Assembly (NCBI RefSeq): GCF_000150275.1
Contig: NW_002060957.1
Coordinates: 856,445 to 920,444, forward strand
Length of the DNA: 64,000 nt
Reading direction: 5' to 3'
Origin: Trichoplax adhaerens
Lineage: Eukaryota > Animalia > Placozoa
Below the pieces are notes generated by a model. The model ran no database searches. It saw only the letters and a list, made by a program, of their open reading frames with translations, and had not been told where the DNA came from. Made by a program: the position numbers and the translations under genes. How positions within the stretch are numbered: the first letter of the stretch is position 1; every line of letters begins with the position of its first letter. Positions 53,548-64,000 of this stretch are shown here, piece after piece.

Positions 53548-56500
53548 ATGCCGTCAGCTTCCGTTTCCATTTTTCGCTCGGAAGAAATGACATTAGCGCA
53601 ACTCTATCTGCAAGCAGATGCCGCTTATAACTGTGTTAGCGCATTAGGTGAATTGGTAAGTCAACACTTGACCATAAACAACTTCTGCCGAGTAGGATTT
53701 TTATCCTTGATACAGAAAGAGGATACAGCGTTGCTAATGATAGCAAAATAAGAGTAGTCTATTCTACGGCTAAATAGGAATAAAAATAAATAAAAATATG
53801 CAAAGGCCTGAACAGAATACCACTTCTCAGTAATATTCTAATAAACTCCAAATTAACCCGACATGGATTGACCAAGGAGTTCTATCGGTCCATAGACGGT
53901 GCTGAGTGTTCCACTCCCTTCAAGAGTACCCTAGTATCCATGAAATGAATCGAACCTTCAAGAAAGGCACTGTCTTCCTGTAGACGTACGGATTCAACAT
54001 CGATCCGCTCAACAATTTCATCATTTACGAAGCAGTCATGGCATTAGTTCTTAGAGCGGAAGAGGATAATTCCAGTTATACTTCAAAAAACTAGGAGACA
54101 GTGCTGTGTATCCTTAGTTTTTTCTGTCATGGATGCAAGGGTTAGTGCAGTTTTATCACATCGATCCCATCGCGACATGGGTAGGACCCATACACTGTAC
54201 TGTACAAGTGTATACATACGCGTAGATCCCTTGGGGAATTCACTGTCCAGTAGTTCAAACTGATCAATGTTGCTTTTTACAGTTGATACAATCCTATAGA
54301 GCTATTCGGGTTGTCATCTAGCAGTACATTCAATCTTAATTTTATAATTAGTTATACTAACGTGCGTAAACATCATAGCGCCATTAACACTGATCTGATA
54401 CTGTCGATTTTCTACAGCGCAGTAATTGATAGTCAATAACGCAAATTCTACTATATCAGTAAACATAAAAGGTGTTCGATGGATGAGGCTCGTTTCTTTG
54501 TACATATGCGTATAATGACTTTCTTAAATGACAAATTGTACGATTACTTATTACTCGAATTAGTCGACGTCTGGTCATTTTCAAGAGATGCCTACGTCTT
54601 ACTGCATACATGGACAGTTGTACACGACGGTATTTCTTTCTTCTTCAATCAGGCGCAAGAGAAGATGATTGAAGACTTTTTATAACATAATAAATACCCC
54701 CTCTATTTCCCTAACAAATCATCTAGAGTAGACATTAGTCCAAAGTAAACCATCAAGTCTGTTTTATTCCACAAACTTTTAATGAAGTCCTAATCAACTT
54801 TCCCTTGTCTTGTCCGTCGAGTGTTGAGAAAAAGTTGTCTGTACGTCGGTCAGATGTCCGACGCATTGTCACGTGAATGACATGACGACCTTTTCCAGGC
54901 CTCATCGCAGTCGCCTATACAGTTTCTTCTTATTTGCAGTATAGTATGATACACAACCATTCCATACTGTAGTGGACGGTACGGAAAGCCCGGACGTACT
55001 TCGATTGTTGACATCGGCCATTGGATTGGCAAAGCTGAATTTTAATGCCAATCGATTACTAGACCTGATGGATGGGCAATAAATTGTACAGTAGCAGGTA
55101 GAAAGATCCCTTAGGAGGACTCATTTCCTACATTGAGATTGCTGATATCGGCAACTCGAATTCTAAAATTGACGGACAACTTGAAACTTTCAATTTTAAT
55201 TTCATTATAATAGGTTAGACGTGCACATGCTAAATTGCCCATTCAATGATACCAGCTTTCATATGAAAATGGAAGTCATAGCTAATAACGTGAGCAGTTT
55301 CCATTCCAACGACCTACGTGTAGTCGACTTACAGCTGATGCTGTAGCTAGATTAGCTGCAAATAGAGCTAGTGAACAGTCTGTATTCTTGGTGTGAGCAT
55401 AAACTAAAAAGTTAGTAATATTAGTCCTTTACTGTGAGGTTATTTTCCATGGGCTAAAAAAATTGTATACACAGTTTTGTCATTCAAATTCAATTTTTAT
55501 GATAGTAAAAGATTACGATCTGAATGTAACATGACAGCTACTGTAGTAAAGTAACCATTTTTCATTCTAACGAGTTGAGCGAAAGCTGCTAGTGCAGCAA
55601 ACGAAATCGTAATACAAACGATAGACAATATCTGCTAGCATCCCCAATATAGAGAGCAGTATTATAATAGCTAATAAACTGTTTGTCTAATAACTTACCG
55701 AAATCATGCTAATACAGCATTCCAATCAACTTGCTGTAAATGAAAATTGTAGCATGATATAAGATGAAATACAGGTGTACAATATTATTTCACGAAATGT
55801 CTGCTAACTCGCCCTGATGCATTTCCTGGAGTGAATGCTATGTACAATTTGGGAATGTTACACAGGAGTAGCGTATGTAGTCTCTGAAATGCATATTAAC
55901 GGCAGCCTATTCAATGATCAAATAGTATATACATCCAAGTATTGCCATATTCGTTCTAATGCATGTTGGAACCAAGGATATATGCAGTATAGCCCATAGG
56001 GTTGTATATCATAGAAGAAGTGGATCACATTTTGCTACACCGCACCACAATGGAATGGAGTACTGTATCATCCTGCCTAGCACGATCAGTACTGTATTAC
56101 TTTTCGACTGCTGTTGATTGTACAATAGTAATCAAGGTTAAAAACAAACTTTAAGCTATTAAGACAGAGAAGTAAACTTGTTAGCCATGAATCACATATT
56201 TTAGCTGTCAGCTGTGAGTTCACTTAAAGGGGACATTTTCTATGTTGATAGCATCTATACATGTAGGATTATCTTTTAGGTTTTCATGTACAAGTATTGT
56301 TTCCTATTCTGTATTTTAAAAATAATTCCAAGACTAAATTCAATTATCTTATACAGTATTTGTATTATCTTGTAAATTTTAATTTACAAATATGATGTCT
56401 CTTACTTTAAAATGAATTAATGATTAAATTTTTTTCATAGGGAGCCGTCCATTTTCGCGATGTAAGTACACCAGATAAGCAAGAAAGTATTAACTCGGTT

Positions 56501-59500
56501 ACAGATCTGATAAACAACGATTGCCCTTACAGCATAATAAACTGGCGTTACAAATTCTCATGGCTATCAGACAATTATACTGTACAAGAGTTTAGTCGGC
56601 TGATGATACTTGAAGATAAACTATGAAAGAGATACGATTTGATATGATGCAGGACGAACTTATTCGAACAACAGTGCAGTAGCATAGATTTCGATAAAAT
56701 TTAACCAGGCGCGCCTTACCGAATGCTCTCCTGTGTGATAAATTGTTAAAAGATAGTATTGAAACTAGTTTAAAGCATTCGTTAGAGTAGCATAAAGGAA
56801 TGCTACGCTTGTCCTAGTTATTTGATTCCAGTCTTACAGTGCGTACTATCAATGTCAGTTGGCTGCAAAGATTTTTTTAACTTTATCTGACTGGTTTTGA
56901 ACCCCAATAGTTAAATCCAGATATCAATGCTTTCCAACGCAAATTTGTATCAGAAGTGCGACGATGTGAAGATGTCGAGCGGCAAATTAGTAAGTAAAGG
57001 ACTACATTTGAGAACTGACTGTACGGAACAAACAAAAATTGATTTCTTACTTGACTTATGGCCATACTCACTACTTACAAATGATGGAATTCGCGAAATC
57101 AGAAATGTTATAATAATATCAATCCGGTGTAAAAAGTTTACGTTACTACTGTCTACTATCACAAAAATTCATATCATTTCTTAATGTAGTAGTTGAATAT
57201 CGATGTAGCAAGATTTACAGCGTTTCATTTACAACAGCATATGTTATCTCATGGGATGACATTATAGCTATGTTACATCTTTCATTCGCTATATTTTGTT
57301 CTTTAAGAAGGATTTACTAATGAATGGATCATCGTTGCTATTATTTAATATCCGAATTTACTCGTATTTTACCGTCGTTTTCATACGGATAGATATGCTC
57401 ATTTTCGTACTAAACAAAATATTTTTCTCAATGTTATCGCAGGATTCCTTATGAAGGAAATGCAGAAAGCAAACGTAGTCCCTGATAAATGTACTGAAAT
57501 TCCATCGGCTCCGCTGCCACAAGAATTGTTCCAGATGCAGGTAAGCAACTATTGCATAATTATTAAGACAAGCTTAACTAAAAACCGGAAAATTATCGAC
57601 AGTCCTTATAGTACTTAAGCGCAAGGTACTATATGCACCAATGTTTTGATATGTTACCATTACTATTAGACGCAATTTATGAAATACGAAACTGATCTCA
57701 AGCAAATCAATAACAACTACGAAACTCTAGCAAGACATGAACTTGAATTGCAAGAATTAGACGTTGTTCTTTGTATGGCACAGACCTTTTTTAACGATGT
57801 AAGAATAACTGTCTTAATACTCTTTATAAATTGTGGTAAATTCTAGAAAAATAACTGCGTAACTGGTATTGTATTTGGTTTTACGTATGATTACAGATAG
57901 TTGTAAAAGAATTATTGAATTAGTCCGTGTTATATTCCATGTTGCAACAGTTAGACTATTATAGGATATTTACGCATTATAGAATTGTAAGGCAATATTT
58001 GTAATTTGATTAGCCACAATCTGTAGCGATGGCCGAAATCGTAGAAGAAGCAGTTGACGACTTAGACGAAGGAACTGCATTGATAAATATTCAGTCCACA
58101 GATAAAGCGAAGCACTTAAAGTAAGTATGATCAAATTATATTCTTATGACGATGCACCTTATGTCAATAAATCTCTTGTTACGCCGGTAAGAATTTTCCA
58201 ATTTTTTTATTAAGCTTCATATGTGGTACCATTCGGAATGATCACAAGTTCGCATTTGAAAAGCTTCTGTGGCGAGTTTGCTTAGCGAACGCTTTCGTTC
58301 GAATATCAGAACAAGACTACTTAGTTGAGGATCCAAAATCAGTATGTATCAATGTCATTCCAGTTATATATCCAACATACAAACGGTTAAAAATATATGC
58401 TTTTGCTCATATATCATTTTGCTTTATTTAAAATAGGGTGAATCGATTTGGAAATCTACCTTTATCATATTTTTTCAAGGCGACCGCTTAAGAAAACGAA
58501 TAGAAAAGATCTGTGATGGGTATATTGACCGCCAGTCATTCTCTGCATCAGTTTATTACTAGGATAACTAACTACTGTATTGCTAAATTTACTTAGAATG
58601 ACCGCTACATTATATCCTTGTCCTGATGATGCTAACAAACGACAAGTTATGATTCAAGGCCTGGCTACTAGACTAGAAGATGTACGACAAGTCCTAAAAC
58701 AATCCAAGGATCATCAGGTTAATCTCTTAACTGAAATCTCTCACTCTGTCGAAGAATGGTTCATAAAGGTAGATATCTATTTCAATATAGACTGATCACC
58801 CTGTAATATATATATATTAATTGATCGAATTTACTTTTCAATGAATATCAATAGATTAGAAAAATGAAGGCAATATTCCATACCCTGAATTTGTTCAACG
58901 TGGATGTTACACAGAAATGTCTTATTGCAGAATGTTGGTGTCCAGTTTTTCAACTAGCTGACATTCAAAATGCTTTACAAAGAGGATCCGTAAGTATACA
59001 TACGAGTTCACTCACAATCTAATTTAGCTGTCTAGCTTTATCATCACCCAGTTCTTACACAAAATCTTGTTGACTATGGCAAAAAAATTTGTTATTTCTA
59101 TCTAGGAGAGGAGTCAGTCAAGTGTGCCTTCAATATTGCATCGCATCAGAACCGAGGAGAGTCCTCCAACCTATCACAGAACAAATAAATTCACTACTGC
59201 TTTTCAAAGTATCGTTGACGCTTATGGCGTTGCTGACTATCAGGAAGTAAATCCAGGTTGGTCTTTAATTTAGATGACTAGCAATTACCTCATATTTTAA
59301 AGACACACCTGTTGAAAATCTCTGTTCTTTATTTTTATTTCAGCTTTATATACAGTAATTACTTTTCCATTTCTTTTCGCCGTAATGTTTGGGGATTGCG
59401 GCCATGGCCTCTTAATGTTTCTATTTGCTGTTTGGCTTATCTATCGCGAGAAAAAATTTATGAAGGAATCGAATGGAGAGGTATAAAGTCTTACTAGGCT

Positions 59501-61815
59501 TTGCATTTATATAAAAGGTGGCATTCTCTGCAATCTAATAAGCCATTGTTTACATTTTCTTTTCGAAGTATTTCGATATATTAACTCGAAATAGCGACAT
59601 TCCATTCAAATAGAGCGCTTTTTCTTTGATACTAGATGTTTGATACTATTTTTAATGGACGGTACGTGATCTTGTTAATGGGCGCTTTTGCAATTTACAC
59701 TGGATTAATATATAATGACGTTATGTCCAAATCCTTGAACATATTTGGCACTGGCTGGATTTTCCCGAAGGACTTGTATTCGTAAGTTACGAATGAAGAT
59801 TACTCCTGTACTATGCTTTTCTCTTACTAATTGCAAGCGTCTGTAACAAACGTTTCATATTCTTTAGGGCTGAGGTTATCAATAATACTAAACAAATTGC
59901 AATGCCTCCCGATAAAACATTTTCCGGAAGTCCTTACCCATTTGGAGTTGATCCTGTATGCGCTTTAAACAGTTCTTAAGGCCAAATCATTACTGAAATA
60001 ACAGTTACTTTTATCGCATATAAACGATTATACCCGTATTATCTATTTACAAGTGTTTTCTCACTAATTTCCTTGTCTATCTTTCAGATTTGGCAGCTGG
60101 CACTTAATAAGTTGACATTCTTAAACTCGTTTAAGATGAAGTTATCGGTGATTTTAGGCATTACTCATATGCTGTTTGGTGTTATCCTTAGCCTGTTTAA
60201 CCACGTGTAAGTAGAAAAGTTGGTTTACTTTTTTTTTCATTTCTGCTAGTAATTGCAGTAGTATGACATATATAACTACTCTATCCCTCTTGGCTGCTTT
60301 TAAATTTTTATACCATTTCTAAACTTATTATTTGATGGTTTATTTTGCACAGATACTTTAAGAATCGTGTCAACATTGTAATGGTATTCATACCTGAGGT
60401 ACAGTAATATTCGGTATCAGACCAGAACTATATCCCTTTTTCTAATACCTATTATTAACCGAAATACCTGCGTCATTAGGTGATATTTCTGCTATCCATA
60501 TTTGGTTACTTGGTGATAATGATCTTTTACAAATGGTGTATTGTTACCACTTTCTCTGAAAGGGTAAGCAGATAAATTAATTTTATAGTTATTAAAGATT
60601 TAGGCTTCTAAGAATCTAGCATATGGACTTGTTTAGAAACCAAGCTTATTAATTACACTCATAAACATGGTATTAAGTATTGGAACCGTGAAAAAAGATC
60701 AGCAACTGTATACGGGGCAGGTATGAGGAAGTTTAGTGATAGATAATAGAATTTAGAATTTAGATGACATCTTGTCTTCGTTTTCACTTTAATAGGCTGG
60801 CGTACAAGTATTTTTAGTTGTTTTGGCCGTTATATGCGTACCATGGATGTTGCTTGGTAAACCCCTATATCTTTACTATCGTCACAAGCATGTCTATAAG
60901 CGCTCAGGGGTACTTATAATTTGATTATTCTCATATTAATGGTTAAATTTTCAATTTAGATTAAATGTTAATGTATTATTGCAGAATTATTCTTTAATCA
61001 ATGACAACACTGCAATAAACGACGATGATCCTCTATTAGATGAACAACCCTCCGAAGAAGCAGCTGAAGTACGTTCTCACATTTTGTAAACGTTGTGTGT
61101 CAAATGATCAATCTTTTTACTTAGATTTTTTATATCTTGCAGCCGATTGGTAACGAATTTGAATTTGGTGAAATTTTTATAAACAATGCCATCCATACTA
61201 TTGAGTACGTGCTGGGATGCATATCGAATACTGCGTCATATTTACGATTGTGGGCTTTAAGTTTAGCTCATGCAGGTAAACGCATCATTTGCTATAATTA
61301 TTTTATATGGATTGTTCAATAGACGTTTACTCAATTTTTGTAATGTTAACTTGTAATAGAGTTATCTGAAGTATTGTGGAACATGGAAATTAGCAAAATT
61401 ATTAATTTAAAGATAGGACATGCAGGAGCCTTTGTTTTGTTTGGCGCATTTGCTGGATGGGCAGGTCAATATATAGTAATTAAATACTAACGATAAATAA
61501 TGCAGCATGTCATCATTGAAGGATATGTCTTGTTTATGTTGGAAATTGTTACTACGCTTTTATAGGCAGTACAGTAGCAATCCTATTGGTAATGGAAGGC
61601 TTATCTGCTTTTTTGCATGCCTTACGATTGCACTGGTAAGCATATCAATAACCTAATATGTTTGTTAACGTAAATGCTTAATTTAGAAATAATCAATGAA
61701 CAAAATACTCGTTCTTCTTACCAGGGTCGAGTTTCAGAATAAGTTTTACTCCGGGATGGGATATTTATTCCAACCGTTTACTCTTGATGTCGAAGAGTGG
61801 GAAGACGAAAACTGA
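53548..61815 (+). CDS. ATP6V0A1: V-type proton ATPase 116 kDa subunit a (V0 a1-like), ~23 exons
   Basis: [23 protein letters not shown]|GAVHFRD|[20 protein letters not shown]..; [31 protein letters not shown]; [10 protein letters not shown]; [14 protein letters not shown]; [28 protein letters not shown] (essential Arg); [23 protein letters not shown]; stop TGA 61813-61815. An alternative in-frame ATG lies at 53527. The paralogue number is nominal. Confidence 0.95.
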
Positions 61816-63349
61816 GAAGATTTATAAAATTTACCTAGCCTTATTAGTAATAGATTTTCATATCTTGTTCAGGGTTAGATTCTAGACTCACAACTCCGTC
61901 CTCACGTTAAATCAACTAGTTGTTGTGGTCAACTCTTGTCTATCACCGGCATGGATATACGTATTCATTAAAACAGAAGTTAACTATAATATTTGCAGAT
62001 CTTGTTCACTGCTATCAAGGACACACCTAATTTGCAGAAAATTCGATGTTGTTTTTGCTAATGCAGTGATAGAAAATTACATTTTATGGGGTACAAATTG
62101 TTAAATGGAATCTATATATTTCTAGCCTCATTATGTGCAAAGAATTAATTGAGTTAAATTCGCAGTGCACGCGTTGTTTATTAAAACTTATCAATTTCTT
62201 TAAATAAAATACTGGTACTAGCAAGTATGTTAATTAACTATACAATCTGTACTGTGTCTACCTGTGATATATATGGCAAGATGAGTTAGCCTATGTACGC
62301 GTAATATTGAGTACTATGGCATTGCATTCAGAAATGACGTCAACTAGATGCTATAGGGAATGATTTACATATTATTAGAGTTCATACGGTTAGCGCAACT
62401 TTCTTTACATAATATTTAAGCCTAATATCACATACGTTATTTAGCGTAAAACTGAAGTAAAAAGGTAGTAAATGCATTCAGTCAGCAATAAACTACATTA
62501 TACCTCTTCATATATTGTTTTCAATTTTACTTCTAATAAGAAGCTGACGATTAGAGTGATCCCATGGTCTTTACATGTCTTGCGATAGAAATCAATTTTC
62601 GTAACTGGCATGAATACTTTGTTGTACAAATATATAGAATTGAAGCTATAACGCGGGTTATACAAAGATCGGTTTGTAACTACATGTTACTATAAACCAT
62701 TTGATTAGAGCATCATATACTGTACTCTTACAGCTTGGATGCTCGATGACTTATTTCGATCGCTCAAGCTGAAGTGCTTCTAGACATCTTGATATACCGA
62801 AGCACTAACATAAATATGTCATCAACTAGCAGTACGCTTACCAGACTGTACGTACTTACGTGTAGATATCCTTATAGCTTTCCCTCTTACCACACTATCA
62901 GCACAATGTAAAACATGCTTTTCTATTTTGCACTTTCATCATACTACCGTTTAAAGCAATCCATAAATCAACTGCCACTTTTATGTAACTCATTACTGTA
63001 CCGCAGTCTACAGTAAACTAATTTATATAAAATTACAACAACTACTGCTGCTAGGTTTTAGATATATAATACTTGTAACTTCCCTACCTTCTGTCAACCC
63101 AACTTAAAATACGCTGCTTTATTTTGTAACTGTATCATGCTATCACTTAAATTATTCCTTCAATTCTATCTAAATTAATCTACCGATATCAGTCTAGTTT
63201 TAACGACCTCGCTATTAGCAATCCAAGTACCGCGTTTCTAGCCAGCGTAACACGGGTGTAACCTATCTATTTTCCATGTATAATTACTTCTTACCATCGG
63301 CAGGCAGAGAATGGCGGCTCATGCTTGAATTTTTTCTTAAATCAAAAGC

Positions 63350-63810
63350 AGGCCTCTTTACACCCTGATCTACCTACAAACTACATTAATATAAATATGC
63401 CTTTGATAGATAATGTGTCCACTAAATTAAAAATTGGCGTAGTTTCTGACTCAATGTAGCTAACCAATGTTTGTCTATGGCATCTTGATCTCCATACAAA
63501 CTACACTAATATAAACATGCCGCCAACGAACAATTATAATGCACTCGCAAGACAACAGATTTGCCTGATGACTAAGTCAATGTAGGTAACCGATGCTTGA
63601 ACTGCATACAATATTATGCAACCTATGCAGATAATACAAATACTGCATGAGCAATAAATCTACCTACTCCCTGATCTACATAGAAATTACCCCAGTATAA
63701 ACATGCCATCAACGAATAATTAATGCGCCTGCTAGATTGCCAAATCGCCTAATCATAACTCAATGTCGCTAACTGATACTTGAATTGTATACCATACTAT
63801 GGCAACTGGG
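63350..63810. repeat. Three-copy degenerate tandem repeat (120-185 bp)
   Basis: tgatct..atacaaactacactaatataaacatgcc at 63366, 63486 and 63672; tcaatgtagctaacc at 63451, 63577 and 63760. Confidence 0.75.
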
Positions 63811-63893
63811 CAGACTATACAAATGCAGTATGGGTAAGAAGAAAATCCGCATACTCATGTTACTGTTGCTATGACATTGTTGCCCCTAGCAAC
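63797..63893. promoter_or_regulatory. Cluster of RFX X-box-like sites
   Basis: GTTGCCCCTAGCAAC (63879-63893), GTTGCTATGACATT (from 63865) and the half-site CTATGGCAAC (63797-63806). Confidence 0.4.
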
Positions 63894-64000
63894 AAGATTA
63901 TCATCTAATCAAACGCATTATTGCAATTTATTAGGATATACAGTAGAAATCTTAAGTAATTTTTATAATACAGTCAAAAACTTGATCAAGGCAGAAGCCA

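Noticed and set aside
57965-57986. Microexon-like segment in a V-ATPase a intron
   Set aside because: It contains an in-frame TAG, and the flanking exons join correctly without it.

Overview
AT-rich, intron-dense eukaryotic (animal) genomic DNA. Very short GT-AG introns and the gene content suggest a compact early-branching metazoan, probably a placozoan such as Trichoplax (inference, not verified). Five protein-coding genes can be reconstructed by hand: the 3' part of an MCTP (multiple C2/transmembrane) gene (+, to 3235); TNFAIP8/TIPE (-, main exon 6302-6876, with its start codon probably split by an intron); a large unassigned coiled-coil gene (-, 32333-44966); UTP15 (-, 47489-51478); and V-ATPase V0 subunit a (+, 53548-61815), head-to-head with UTP15. 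Between TNFAIP8 and the coiled-coil gene lies ~25 kb with no intact gene. It is filled with about ten mostly unrelated degenerate tandem arrays (units ~120-400 bp), candidate alternative first exons of TNFAIP8 and a decayed ORF-like patch. The most striking sequence-level observation is five consecutive phase-0 exons of the coiled-coil gene that are exact multiples of a heptad (42/42/56/42/56 aa). I found no CRISPR, rRNA, tRNA or intact mobile element, and no clearly novel multi-gene system. The findings are hypotheses from manual reading.
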